Sequence record: NC_020851.1
Length of the DNA: 64,000 nt
Strand: one strand, 5' to 3'
Shown here: positions 39,936-51,000 of the stretch, in pieces
Layout of the letters: the number at the start of each line of letters is the position of its first letter
Position numbering within the stretch: the first letter of the stretch is position 1
Notes under the pieces: model-generated
Databases searched by the model: none
Told to the model about the DNA's origin: nothing
Seen by the model: the letters and a program-made list of their open reading frames with translations, nothing else
Translations under genes and position numbers: made by a program

Positions 39936-40345
39936 GGCATTTTCATAATTTGGGTTGTAACTTCTTGATGTCTTAGATACAATTTAATAAAGCATCTTGC
40001 CATTACTTTCATTGTATCAAGATCTTCACAGTTCTCAATCTCTCTGGATAGTTTTTCATATTCAAAGAGTTTAGATGTGGTCTCTAACTGTATGCTATCT
40101 GGATCCATGTCTTTTAGATATTCTAAACTACTATTTACCCCAGAATGTTTCAGTTTAAAGCACACTGAGTTAAACCATCCTACTTTATTATAGAGTTTGA
40201 TTTTTGTATGTTGAGAATGAACATCTACCTTCTCAATTGTATACTCTTTACCAACTACAAGAGATAAAGTAGGATCATCATTGTTTCCCCATCTTATCTG
40301 TTCTTGAGAGCATCCTGTATATTCTACGACATTATTCTTTTCCAT
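39932..40345 (-). CDS. hypothetical protein
   Basis: 137-aa ORF. Confidence 0.65.
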   Translation of the reverse strand: MEKNNVVEYTGCSQEQIRWGNNDDPTLSLVVGKEYTIEKVDVHSQHTKIKLYNKVGWFNSVCFKLKHSGVNSSLEYLKDMDPDSIQLETTSKLFEYEKLSREIENCEDLDTMKVMARCFIKLYLRHQEVTTQIMKMP

Positions 40346-40703
40346 TTGTAATCATGCGATCTATTGCGATTAAAGTATCATAAGGAATCCATGCAGGATT
40401 TTCATCATCAAACTGAACCTGAACTTCTTTCACACTCTTTTCTAAGAACTTAGAATAAGAAGTTCTGGTGTTCTTTACATAAGAGATTGGATTAATCATA
40501 TTACTTAAACAAAGGAAAGAGGGGAGGAGCACTATCATAGTATCCCATATTATACCAATAACAATCAATCAATCTCAATTTTTCACTGACTGTATTATTA
40601 TCATTATAGGGATTAATTAATGTAAAATCCTTACAGATTCTCACAATCTCTGGTGGAACCTGTATTGTTGTCCATGTGTTCGGATCATCAACAAAAACTG
40701 GAA

Positions 40704-40946
40704 TCATACTACCACCTGTTTCCATGCTTTCTTAAAGTTTTTATCCCAGTTTTCAGTATAAACTGGAAGGAAAGAGTTTAGTGCATAACAAATGTCAACA
40801 ATTTTCATTTGATTTTGTTCATCTACAGCCTCTTGCAATTCATCCAACATAAATTCTACCGTAGAAATCCGGGAAAATGATTGTTCAAGATTGTTCATGA
40901 CTGTCCAAGTTTCATCAGGCATCAGGTTTCTCTTGTTTATACCCAT
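40704..40946 (-). CDS. hypothetical protein
   Basis: 80-aa ORF. Confidence 0.55.
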   Translation of the reverse strand: MGINKRNLMPDETWTVMNNLEQSFSRISTVEFMLDELQEAVDEQNQMKIVDICYALNSFLPVYTENWDKNFKKAWKQVVV

Positions 40947-41130
40947 ATTCTATCACAATTTCCTTGTGTGTACTCACTTTATCTGATAAGGATCTCTGAT
41001 GTATTTTGTAGTCATGACCTTCTTGACCCAATTCTTTTGCAAACTGATGCAATAAGTTCCAATTTAAGTTCTGATCCATTGCTTTCATGCAACTTGTGTT
41101 ATATTTAACACTATGGATTTCTTGGGTCAA
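40915..41130 (-). CDS. hypothetical protein
   Basis: 71-aa ORF. Confidence 0.55.
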   Translation of the reverse strand: MTQEIHSVKYNTSCMKAMDQNLNWNLLHQFAKELGQEGHDYKIHQRSLSDKVSTHKEIVIEYGYKQEKPDA

Positions 41131-41234
41131 TACCTAAACTTTCAAGATATTGAACCCACCAATCTTGGTCTTTCACATATCTCCAATTAGGAACTGGTTT
41201 ACCTTGTTCTATCGTATAATACTGATAAAGTGCA

Positions 41235-41444
41235 TCATCGATAATCTGTGCGGTCTCCATATTCTTCTTCCGCCTCATCAACGTCTTCATATGGATTTTC
41301 CACAAATCCTGATCGGACTCTGAATTTTTCTCCTGCGACATAAGTTTTCTCGGAATTAACAGCAGACACCCACACAGAAAGTTTCATTATAATAAAAATA
41401 ATAATCAGTGGAGTAAAGCAACCAATTAAAATTACTGAAGTCAT
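41235..41444 (-). CDS. small membrane-anchored protein
   Basis: hydrophobic N-terminus, acidic C-terminus. Confidence 0.6.
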   Translation of the reverse strand: MTSVILIGCFTPLIIIFIIMKLSVWVSAVNSEKTYVAGEKFRVRSGFVENPYEDVDEAEEEYGDRTDYR

Positions 41445-41635
41445 TACAGTTCTTTCGTTATAAAATTATCTATATCAGTATTTTTCCAGATAAGTTGATG
41501 TGCTAACTTATCTCTCAATTCATTAATTCTTTCCTCATCATAAGAATCAAAGTTCCCTCTCTTATCAACTTTCTTATAATAATGAAGAGCATTCAGTATG
41601 ATAGTATAATCTTCTAATGACAACTCAAAATTCAT
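41444..41635 (-). CDS. hypothetical protein
   Basis: 63-aa ORF. Confidence 0.6.
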   Translation of the reverse strand: MNFELSLEDYTIILNALHYYKKVDKRGNFDSYDEERINELRDKLAHQLIWKNTDIDNFITKEL

Positions 41636-41868
41636 ACAAACATCCCTTGCTCATTCATATACTGAAGTGCCTCTTTCATACTACCAATGTGATGATAACC
41701 GATTGCGACTTGAGGATATGTTGCATTTGATCCAAATTCTGCCTCAAATGCCTTATCATCAAAGTCAATACCTAAAACATATTCATGAAAATCATCACCA
41801 AGAGATTTAAGAAGAGATATCATTCTCTCACACTCTTGACTTCCGTTGCTGTAAATTACTGCTTGCAT
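41632..41868 (-). CDS. glutaredoxin-like protein with SQEC in place of CxxC
   Basis: AVIYSNGSQEC...ATYPQV..G..HIG. Confidence 0.7.
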   Translation of the reverse strand: MQAVIYSNGSQECERMISLLKSLGDDFHEYVLGIDFDDKAFEAEFGSNATYPQVAIGYHHIGSMKEALQYMNEQGMFV

Positions 41869-42104
41869 TTTAGTCACGTTGCCTCCTTTTTTTTGCAAAT
41901 ATTTCATAATAAGCAGAGATCATATAATCATTCCATGGATCAGGTAAACTGTCTCCTTTACCTAAACGAGTTTCCATTCTAGATAATTTATCAATAGGTA
42001 ATTCCATAACATCAGGATCATTGAGAATTTCTGACAATTTAGATTTCTCATTATGATTGCGGAAATTACGAAGAGGATACCTGTTAGGTAAATTACGATT
42101 AGTT

Positions 42105-42419
42105 CTAGTCACGTTGCCTCCAATCATCAGGTTTATCTTGCTGAAACCAATTCTTAATGTCATCAGCATCAGTAAATCCCGTTTTATATTCAGATGGGTC
42201 GGGATTACCTAACCCCATCCGATTAAGAAAATCATCCATACTACCTTCCTCAATATCTTGTGAAGATTGTCTTCGTGCTTTCTTCAACATTTCTTGAGCA
42301 GAAGTATTTGCTTTCGAAAGTTTCTGTGCCCATACCATATCATCAAGTTTCACTTCTTCTTTATTTGCAATACATTTACAAATAAATTCTAACCGAAGAC
42401 GGTATTTCGTAGATAGCAT
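42105..42419 (-). CDS. conserved cyanophage hypothetical protein
   Basis: MLSTKYRLRLEFICKCI...DDWRQRD. Confidence 0.75.
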   Translation of the reverse strand: MLSTKYRLRLEFICKCIANKEEVKLDDMVWAQKLSKANTSAQEMLKKARRQSSQDIEEGSMDDFLNRMGLGNPDPSEYKTGFTDADDIKNWFQQDKPDDWRQRD

Positions 42420-42420
42420 A

Positions 42421-42669
42421 TTACTCTTTTGCCTCTAGATGCTTATTTATTTTTGCAGTAAGTTCTTCTGCAAGTTTGAGATTTTTACGGTACATCATAT
42501 ATTTTACCACAGGATTAGCAGGATTATTTTTTAACCACCACAATTCCCTTCTAATATTTGTATTCACTAACTTTAGAACATAATCAAATGCTCTTGCGAC
42601 ATTTGGATCAGTGACTATCGCATATAATATAACTCCAAATACCAAAAAAAGCACATATTGTGCCGTCAT
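42421..42669 (-). CDS. membrane-anchored hypothetical protein
   Basis: N-terminal hydrophobic helix. Confidence 0.65.
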   Translation of the reverse strand: MTAQYVLFLVFGVILYAIVTDPNVARAFDYVLKLVNTNIRRELWWLKNNPANPVVKYMMYRKNLKLAEELTAKINKHLEAKE

Positions 42670-42848
42670 TGGTGAAACTCCTGATTTCTACGACGGTCAA
42701 GATACTCTAAAATTTCTGCTCGCCATTCCATCAACTCAAAGAAACATTCTTGATTGTGAGCACATTTTCTGAGTTCATGGTCTGGTTTCAATACACTTTC
42801 ATAAAAAAGTCCAAGTGCATCTTTGCGCTTTTGTTGTTTATCAGTCAT
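42666..42848 (-). CDS. conserved cyanophage hypothetical protein
   Basis: FYESVLKPDHELRKCAHNQECF. Confidence 0.7.
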   Translation of the reverse strand: MTDKQQKRKDALGLFYESVLKPDHELRKCAHNQECFFELMEWRAEILEYLDRRRNQEFHQ

Positions 42849-43099
42849 AGAAATTGTTCAAGAGAAGAGGTTGCTTTCTTTTTGATTTTAGAATACTTTT
42901 TGATATAATCAAGTGCTTGTTTATACGTTTTTACACTATGCACTTGACTACCATTATGTATAATACAGAACCCTTTCTTCTTTCCTGCTAATGGAACAGC
43001 AGCCCACATTCCATCATTCGATACAAAACCATCAGGATCTCCTGATTTTGGGTTCAGGAGACTCTGATTATGAACATGTGGTTTGAGAAACTTAGTCAT
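42845..43099 (-). CDS. hypothetical protein
   Basis: 84-aa ORF. Confidence 0.65.
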   Translation of the reverse strand: MTKFLKPHVHNQSLLNPKSGDPDGFVSNDGMWAAVPLAGKKKGFCIIHNGSQVHSVKTYKQALDYIKKYSKIKKKATSSLEQFL

Positions 43100-43599
43100 G
43101 AGTTGTCCTCCATTTGGTTGAATGCGTCAATCAGTTCCTGGCTGCCTGATTCTGTGATTAGTCGTTGAAGTTTGTCTTTAGGCGTTTCGATAAACGCCCA
43201 CTTACGACCGTTGATTTCGCCCTCGACATCGCCACCGACAGTGCCATAGACATTGCCTTTGACATCGCCATAGACATGGCCATCGACCTCGCCTCCGATA
43301 CTGCCTTTGACACTGCCTATGACACCGCCACCGACATTGCCATGGACAATGCCATAGACGTTGCCTCCGATTCCGCCTTCGACATTGCCTCCGATATTAC
43401 TTTTGATATCGCCATCGACAGCGCCATAGATATTGTCCTTGACATCGCCATAGATACTGCCCTCGACATCGCCTTTGACATCGCCTCTGACACCGCCATT
43501 GACAGTGCCATTGACAGTGTGGATTCTCCAGCCACAGACATCCGTGTGATAGAAACCAACAAGCTTTAGAGCTTCTCTAAGTGTTATTTGTTTGGTCAT
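43096..43599 (-). CDS. G-x-V-x repeat (beta-helix-like) protein
   Basis: ~25 tetrapeptide repeats GDVK/GDVE/GNVY. Confidence 0.7.
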   Translation of the reverse strand: MTKQITLREALKLVGFYHTDVCGWRIHTVNGTVNGGVRGDVKGDVEGSIYGDVKDNIYGAVDGDIKSNIGGNVEGGIGGNVYGIVHGNVGGGVIGSVKGSIGGEVDGHVYGDVKGNVYGTVGGDVEGEINGRKWAFIETPKDKLQRLITESGSQELIDAFNQMEDNS

Positions 43600-43808
43600 T
43601 AGTGCGCCTTCTCTTTACTTTGAATAGCAGTTCCACAAACACGACAATCAACTTTTGGGAAGTATGCTCCATAGTAATCATCCCATACTGCTTTAGTGTC
43701 ATCAATCGTCTCTCCTCCGTATTCATCATCTTTCCATACATCTTTTGGAAAATGTAGGACGGCAGCATCGTAAACAACGCCACATCCTGAACAAGTGATT
43801 AAATTCAT
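43599..43808 (-). CDS. small zinc-ribbon-like protein
   Basis: CSGC ... CRVC. Confidence 0.55.
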   Translation of the reverse strand: MNLITCSGCGVVYDAAVLHFPKDVWKDDEYGGETIDDTKAVWDDYYGAYFPKVDCRVCGTAIQSKEKAH

Positions 43809-44050
43809 TAGTTGTCCTCCTGTGTTGGGCGCATTGCTTTCTTTAAGTCACCCTCTAACTTGTACAAAGGCGAAAGGTCACCGAGGTAATCATCGTCGGT
43901 GTAGTTGCTGAGGTTTTCGTCTAACCATTTCATCACTTGCTCCAACTGCCAATCAGCAGCGGTACACATGTCATCCTTTCGTGTATCGATTATGTAGGGG
44001 CGATTAGTTATTTCAAGGCAGATTTCGTCAGTCAGTGGGTGTTCAGTCAT
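43808..44050 (-). CDS. hypothetical protein (start 44050)
   Basis: MTEHPLTDEIC...AADWQLEQVMKWL. Confidence 0.6.
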   Translation of the reverse strand: MTEHPLTDEICLEITNRPYIIDTRKDDMCTAADWQLEQVMKWLDENLSNYTDDDYLGDLSPLYKLEGDLKKAMRPTQEDN

Positions 44051-44486
44051 CAAGTGCTCCAAGAATAAGAACGATAAAGAAGAAACCAAAGATAAGACCA
44101 ACAAGAAGTTGTGGTGACATAAATGGAATCCAAGAGAATAAACCCCAAGACCATTGTGCAGCACCTACAATCCACTGCCAAGCAGTCATAACAACAGCAG
44201 AACCCAACTTCCATGCTTCCCATGCTAACCATCCACCAAGTGCTAGAACTGCAAGTCCACCAAGTCCACTAGAAGAACTAGAGGAGGAAGAATAATCTTC
44301 ATTATATGATGTATCTTCTGTCCAAGAAGTATCATGATCAGGTTGATCAAAAATAGCAGTGGTGCTTACAATTGTAGACCCAGGATTACGTGCAAGTGCT
44401 TTCTGATTTGCTTGCTGATAATCACGAGCAATGACAACCTCTTCAAAAGTTGTTCCAGATTCATAAAGAGTCACTGCAACTTTCAT
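44043..44486 (-). CDS. membrane protein with Ser-rich linker
   Basis: soluble N-domain, SSSSSSS, several hydrophobic Trp-rich helices. Confidence 0.65.
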   Translation of the reverse strand: MKVAVTLYESGTTFEEVVIARDYQQANQKALARNPGSTIVSTTAIFDQPDHDTSWTEDTSYNEDYSSSSSSSSGLGGLAVLALGGWLAWEAWKLGSAVVMTAWQWIVGAAQWSWGLFSWIPFMSPQLLVGLIFGFFFIVLILGALDD

Positions 44487-44509
44487 GGTGTTCCTTTGAT
44501 TACCTTTGT

Positions 44510-44565
44510 ATTATAGCAGAGTGGAGCAGGTGATCTGCTCCTGGTGGACAGTTCAGCAAGTGGTC
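44510..44565 (-). promoter_or_regulatory. early promoter with dyad
   Basis: TGc-TATAAT 44510-15; dyad 44547-65. Confidence 0.7.
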
Positions 44566-45757
44566 AACGACGGATAACAGATACTGCTGCCTCACCACGA
44601 TTGAATACGGTGTCAACGACTGCCTGAACGGACTTGGCAGTGCTGATGCCCACTTTATCGTAGACTGGAACACAGACCAGTCCAAAGGTCTTCTGGGGAC
44701 CACCCAACCTAATGACCCGTCCAATACTTTGCGAAATACCGATATAATCCATGTTTCTCATGAACAATACTGCCTCAAGTCCACTGACGTTGATACCCTC
44801 GGACAAAATAGAGTGATGAAGAACAACAAACTTTTTGCTAGGATCTTTGCCCCATGCATTCAGAGTATCAAAGAATACCTCACGATTGACTTTCTGACCA
44901 TCAATAATAGCACCAGTCTTGGATGTAATATACAAACAAGAATAACCACGTTCAGACAACTCTTTGCGAAAGTCAGATTGACTCAGAAGTTTGATAATCT
45001 GTTTGGTAGAACGTGCGGCAATCAGAATCTTATCCAGTGAGTTCTCATCAATTGTCTCAATCAGATTCTGACAATCACGGTCGGCAATCATCTGCTTGTC
45101 CTGAACCATATCCAGTTGCTTTACAACAACCTTAGGTGGCAGAATGTATCCTTGCTCTACTAATGTAGGAGCAGGAATGTTACAGATGACTTTACCGTAG
45201 ACCTCATAGTCATTCATCCCTGGTTTGTAAATAGAGAGAGAATGCTTAGGAGTAGCAGTGAAGAAATAACACCGATCAGCATCAGCAGAAAAGTGCTCCG
45301 TAGCAGGGAAAAAGTTACGTTGGACTGAGTTATGTGCTTCATCAAAGTAAATCGTATTGACTTCGATATCTGCTTCTACAAGACGATGTAGAGAGTGATA
45401 TGTGGTAAAGATTACTACATTCTCACCAGCAGTTCTTGCTGTATTTACAAACAGATTGATCTTTTCTGCTTTTGTTGTAGAGAAGTGTGAAGTCTCACCA
45501 CTATGAACATGCATAATATGGGTATGAGTTGTATCGATTACCTCAAGAAACTCACTACAAAGTTGTTCAGCAAGTAGAATACGAGGAGCAACAACAACAA
45601 AAGTTTGCCCATGATGTCTGACTTCCATATTGGTAATGGCATCATCAATCATACAAATAGTCTTGCCACCACCCGTAGGAATGATTACCTGACCTTTGTT
45701 GTTCTGCCACATCGCATTGACTGCTTCATGCTGGTGAGGACGAAGAGTGATGGTCAA
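44564..45757 (-). CDS. SF2 DEAH helicase (ResIII-like)
   Basis: PTGGGKT, DEAH, TAT, QSIGRVIR. Confidence 0.9.
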   Translation of the reverse strand: MTITLRPHQHEAVNAMWQNNKGQVIIPTGGGKTICMIDDAITNMEVRHHGQTFVVVAPRILLAEQLCSEFLEVIDTTHTHIMHVHSGETSHFSTTKAEKINLFVNTARTAGENVVIFTTYHSLHRLVEADIEVNTIYFDEAHNSVQRNFFPATEHFSADADRCYFFTATPKHSLSIYKPGMNDYEVYGKVICNIPAPTLVEQGYILPPKVVVKQLDMVQDKQMIADRDCQNLIETIDENSLDKILIAARSTKQIIKLLSQSDFRKELSERGYSCLYITSKTGAIIDGQKVNREVFFDTLNAWGKDPSKKFVVLHHSILSEGINVSGLEAVLFMRNMDYIGISQSIGRVIRLGGPQKTFGLVCVPVYDKVGISTAKSVQAVVDTVFNRGEAAVSVIRR

Positions 45758-45780
45758 AGGTCTCCCTCGATTACCTTCTT

Positions 45781-45834
45781 ATTATAGCAGAAAACCGTCC
45801 CCAGTGCGACCCAGTAGACGGTTCTTAATGTGTC
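45781..45834 (-). promoter_or_regulatory. early promoter with dyad
   Basis: TGc-TATAAT 45781-86; dyad 45817-34. Confidence 0.7.
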
Positions 45835-45879
45835 TTATAGCTTCCTCTTCAACCCTAACAAAGGTAGTCTACAGGGTTT

Positions 45880-47523
45880 TTACGATAGTGTCAAGCTTGT
45901 GCTTCCAACTCCAACAACATTAAAGGTTAATGTAGAACCAGTGACTGATATTTGGACTGGAGTTGTTACTCCAATACCACTTGTAAATCCTTGTGCTGCT
46001 GTTATTGATCTAGTTGTTGTTACAATCCCGGCAAAATTAGCTGTACAAATTCCTGTTATTGATTTGCCATTAAGATTTAAATTGCCACCTAACTCAGGGG
46101 AAGTATCTTCTACAACGTTTTGGAGTGCAGATGTCAAATATGTAGAAGAATCTATACTTCCATCTGCCTTTAAGAATTGAGATGATGTTCCAGTGGTAGT
46201 AGAAATAGAACCAGCAGTAATATTTCCAACAGAAACAATATTACCAGTAGCAGCAATATTACCAACAACATCTAATTTTTCTGTTGGTATGGTAGAATTA
46301 ATTCCAATATTTCCACCAGATCCTAATATTAGATTATTCGTAAGATTAAGATTATTACCAAATTCTACATCTCCACTTACATAAGCAGTACCAACAACTT
46401 GTAGTTTATATAAGGGATTTGTAATTCCCACTCCAAGATTTCCTGCACTAGTAAGTGCCATTAATCTTTGAGTTTCTTTATGCCAGTAGAATCCTCCAGT
46501 TGTTCCTACAATTTCGGACGGATTCAGGTAAAAATTAAGATTACCTGTTCCATAATTCATTATATCCAGAGAATATGGATCACTAAATTGAGAAAATGCT
46601 GAATCAGTATTTCCATATCTCAATACACCATTATATCCAGTAATACTTTCACTTCTACCCAGACCAATTAGAGATGCATTTGAATCACTCGTAACCTGAA
46701 TTTCCGTTTGAATATTTTTTCTTACATGAATATCACTCGAAGGTGTGGTCGTATTGACACCTATTTTATTAAAGTATGAAGTTCCAGAAAGAATATTAAT
46801 ATTTGATGTGATTAAATCAGGTAATCTATCATCATCAATAGTTCCGGTCGTTATATTTGCACCATCTGCTAAATTAGTGGCAGTTGTAGCAGTTCCAGTT
46901 ACATCACCAGTAAGATTTCCTATAAATGTAGTTGCCGTTATAATACCGACAGACATCGTAATTGCTGTTCCGACTTTAAGTTCAGTAAAAGTAGAAACTC
47001 CACTCGAATTTAAATCACCAGTTACATTACCAGAAAAAGTGGTTGCAGTTATAACACCAGTAACATCAACATTACCAGTCACAGAAAGTTCGGGATCAGA
47101 TGCACCAGGACTTGTTGTGGTATTGATACCAATCTTTGATGTTGTATGAAGACCTACTCCACCATTATCAGTAATAAATGTAGTTCTTGCAAAACCAATT
47201 AAATTATCAACAGTCTCTCCATTTGTCAGTTTAAGTGTTGCTGCCGTAAGAGCACCACCAACATTTACACCATTCGCAATATCTATACTACTTGCGGTTA
47301 ATACTCCAACGGTCGTTACACCAATTACCTCAACATTTTGAGTTACATATAAATCTCGTGTCGTGGTTAATCCAGTAGTTCTCGTATCCCCATATACATT
47401 TAACAAATAGTTTTGTGGAATGGAAGTTCCAATTCCTACAAGACCATTTGCATTAATTACGAAATTATCATTATCAACTTGAAGACCAGACCTAAAATTA
47501 AATGACTTCCTAATATTTGCCAT
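45880..47523 (-). CDS. tail fibre-like structural protein
   Basis: VGIGT/KIGINT repeats, VVEDTSPELGGNL. Confidence 0.7.
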   Translation of the reverse strand: MANIRKSFNFRSGLQVDNDNFVINANGLVGIGTSIPQNYLLNVYGDTRTTGLTTTRDLYVTQNVEVIGVTTVGVLTASSIDIANGVNVGGALTAATLKLTNGETVDNLIGFARTTFITDNGGVGLHTTSKIGINTTTSPGASDPELSVTGNVDVTGVITATTFSGNVTGDLNSSGVSTFTELKVGTAITMSVGIITATTFIGNLTGDVTGTATTATNLADGANITTGTIDDDRLPDLITSNINILSGTSYFNKIGVNTTTPSSDIHVRKNIQTEIQVTSDSNASLIGLGRSESITGYNGVLRYGNTDSAFSQFSDPYSLDIMNYGTGNLNFYLNPSEIVGTTGGFYWHKETQRLMALTSAGNLGVGITNPLYKLQVVGTAYVSGDVEFGNNLNLTNNLILGSGGNIGINSTIPTEKLDVVGNIAATGNIVSVGNITAGSISTTTGTSSQFLKADGSIDSSTYLTSALQNVVEDTSPELGGNLNLNGKSITGICTANFAGIVTTTRSITAAQGFTSGIGVTTPVQISVTGSTLTFNVVGVGSTSLTLS

Positions 47524-47544
47524 TATTGCAACTTTTAGAGTTAT

Positions 47545-47991
47545 TTATGAAGTTCTCATAATATAAGCAAGAGAGTAATATGGGGGTAGGTTTGCATTGG
47601 TTCCTGTTTGTGTATTTGAAGAACTTCCTGCCGCATTGATGCCGGTAGTTGATGTTGGTTGATTAGGCAAAGCTCCATCATTAATCGGACTAGGACCTCC
47701 GGTTACATTATTTTGTCCTTGAGCATTTGTCCTATTTGTATAAGTATGGTTATGAGCAATCAGAACAGCATTAGCACTACCACCAGTAGCATCAACAGCA
47801 TAATTATTTCCGGCACCAACTACAAACCTATCTTGTAAATTTGGAGTTCCATTAGATCCATTACATAATGCCCATCCATCAGGAATAGATCCAGTAGATC
47901 CCGACCATAGAATAATACCTCCAATTGGAATAGTTCCAGTCGATGCGGTTCCTAATGAATCAGCAAGTAATTGTGCGTTTGTTTGTGACAT
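47545..47991 (-). CDS. tail collar-domain / short fibre protein
   Basis: IPIGGIILWSG...GWALCNG...NLPPYYSLAYIM. Confidence 0.75.
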   Translation of the reverse strand: MSQTNAQLLADSLGTASTGTIPIGGIILWSGSTGSIPDGWALCNGSNGTPNLQDRFVVGAGNNYAVDATGGSANAVLIAHNHTYTNRTNAQGQNNVTGGPSPINDGALPNQPTSTTGINAAGSSSNTQTGTNANLPPYYSLAYIMRTS

Positions 47992-48008
47992 TAACTTATT
48001 CCTTTATA

Positions 48009-51000
48009 TTAGTATTTAATAATTGGACGCATTCCAAGATATGGTGGTAGGTTTTTATTGGTTGCAGAAGAACCTTGATTACCGGCAGTTCCACTGACAG
48101 TATGAGTATGTCGAGTATCCAATCTTAACTGAACACCATTATTAAAATCAGTTTCCTCACCATCACCTACATTACCTTCATCGAATAATATCACATCACC
48201 ACCACCATGTGTTACACTGGGGCTTGGAGTAGCAGGTCTCCATCTAGCAATTCCACCTCTTTGATTTGTAGATCCAGTAACGGTGTGACTATGAGAAACT
48301 AATGTGGCATTAGCACTACCACCAGTATTACCAGGTGTTGCAGAATAACCTGCAAATCTATTCACTAAATTGGGAAGAGTTCCCGTTGCTCCATATGATG
48401 TGCCCAATAAAGTGCGAAGGTCTTGTAATAATGATGCAGCAATGCCTTGGAACGTTCCTGATGTTGGAATTCTAGTACCATCACAATACAAATACCCTGC
48501 TGGTGTTGTTGCTGTTGCCACGTAAAATACAGAACCACGAGGCACTGATGGTTGCCAACTCACTCCGGTAGTTTGATTACTATCGGCAGTTAAAGCATAT
48601 CCATTCTGCCCAACCTGAACTTTTGCAGCAGAATTATTTCCGGTTGCTACAATAATTTCACCTTTAGTATCCCAATCAAGATTACTAATTAAACTTCCTT
48701 GTCCACCAAGTCCAATAATAAAAGCACTTGTTCCAGATAAAGGTGCTGTCGTGAACCTTATTGTATTTGTGTTTTCTCCTCCAGATTGAACAATAAAATA
48801 ATCAGACCCTGGTTTTTGAATAACTCCACCAAGAGAAACAATTAAGTTTGCAGAACTTCCGGCAGGTATAAATGCGGCACTAGCACGAAGTAATGCAAAA
48901 TCTGTAAGAGTTCCATTAAATTGTGATGAAATATCATCAACTACAATAGAGTTGCCAAGAGGAAAATCTCCAGTAATTGATCCAATCGAAGCAGGAGTAA
49001 ATCCAAGTGCATTTGTAACTTCTCCACTTGTTATGAGACCTTGAGTTCCATTGGAACGCAACATATGATATATGTCGTTTCCATTTATATTTGTGAATGA
49101 TGGTGTTGTTGCAATAAACTGATCTGCTGTGATAGATCCATCAACATCAACATTATCATTAATAGGTAGAATATTTGTGGTTGATGAAAGATTTTTTAAT
49201 TTAGTGTCACCAGTAACTTTAAGTTCTTCTTTGATTCTTACATCTTTATCAAAAGTAACAGGACCACCAAATTGTGAGAGAACCTGTCCAGAATCTCCAC
49301 CTTCTACAACTAATCTTTCTTTAATTGTAACTTCATCAAATACTGCACTTAATCTTGATGGGTCTTCACCAGTCACAGTCGGAACTGGAATATCAAAATT
49401 AGTTTCTTCACCAGTTGCAGATGATTTCTTCTGATTTCCAATATAGAAATCACCTTTGTTATTCATACCAGTATAAACAACGAGACCAGAAGACCTTTCC
49501 TGTGCCTGTGACAAGAACTCTTCTCTTTCTGTGATTGTTCTGTCCTGAACCTGTGGAAGACCCGTAGAATAGTTTCCAGGACCATATCCAAGATACTCAA
49601 ATGTATGACCAGAAGCACGAATAATTGATGGTCTATGGAACTCAATTGAAGGAACTTTAATCTTTCTAATTGTTGAATTCTCAACGTGTGTTACGGGTGA
49701 AGTAGCAAGTGCTCCACGAATAACGGTAATTTCATCTGTAGGAGTTCCACTCAGAGAATCACTCGCAATTCTCATAATTTCATTATCAATCTGAATATAA
49801 GAACCTAATGGGAACCTTGTCATAGTTCCGGCAATACCAGGACTACTTACAGAGAATGCTGTTGAAGTAGCATCAATACCACCAGATTCAGAAAGAGTTA
49901 ATGTTTCTCCATCAAAAACAGTAATTGCTCTTGACTGAAGATTTTCATTTGACCTATCAGAAACACCACTATTTGATGATAATCCGTGCTTCAGAATAAA
50001 TCCTGATGCTGTTCCAATTCCACCAGTAACTTCAAATTCATTAAGTGTGGAGGATTCAACAATATAATCTCCAAAATTACTAGTGTTAATACCGATTACT
50101 CTAAACTTATTACCGACTACTAATCCATGACCAGGGGCAGTAACAACATCCCCAGAAGCAGTAAATGCAACAGAAGGTGCCGTTATAAATGCATAATTAT
50201 CTGAAGTAATTACCGGATCACCAGTTGTTCTTGCAATTGAAATACTATTTCTACCAGTGACACTATCAATACGATGATAAGTATCAGTTCCTATTCCAAC
50301 ACCAGTAAACTGAACTACATCTCCAATATGAGATGAAATATCAGCAGAAGTGACCGTAAATGTATTAGGAGTTCCTGCTCCGATTACACCAGTATCTAAG
50401 AAATATGTTCCGTCAGAATAATTAGAACCTCCGTTCATTATTTCTACAGAATTTATAGTAGTTCCGGCAACAGAAACTTTTGCCGTTGCTCCATTCCATT
50501 GGGTCAATCCTATATTATTGTAAATTTTTACATTAAAATAAGTTCCTGGAGTAAACCCTGATGTTGCACCAAGAGTTCCAGTTACAATACTATTAAAGTT
50601 GTGATTTCTATCAAAAGTAATAGTTGGTGTTGTTGATGTTGGATTTGTGACTGATGCAATATCAAGACCAATGCCGAGTGATGTTAGTAATAAGTTGGCA
50701 CTTTCTCTTGTAATACTCTTTTTAAGGTCATCTGTCTGAACTTCTCCAATTGGAGACCTTAAGGCATATGTGGTTGCTGAATTGGGGTCATCATTAGGAT
50801 TATCTCTATCAAGTTGTGGATACAAATCAGTTACATTTTGACTATATTCGAGATTTGTAAATTCATTCTGAATTGCATTATTAGAATTCAGCGTATAAAG
50901 GTGATACACACCATTTGAATCTCCATCACTATATTCAGAGATTATCTCGTTCCTATAAACATAAAGATTTGACTGTAGGTCAGTTCTCTCAAATCTTGGA

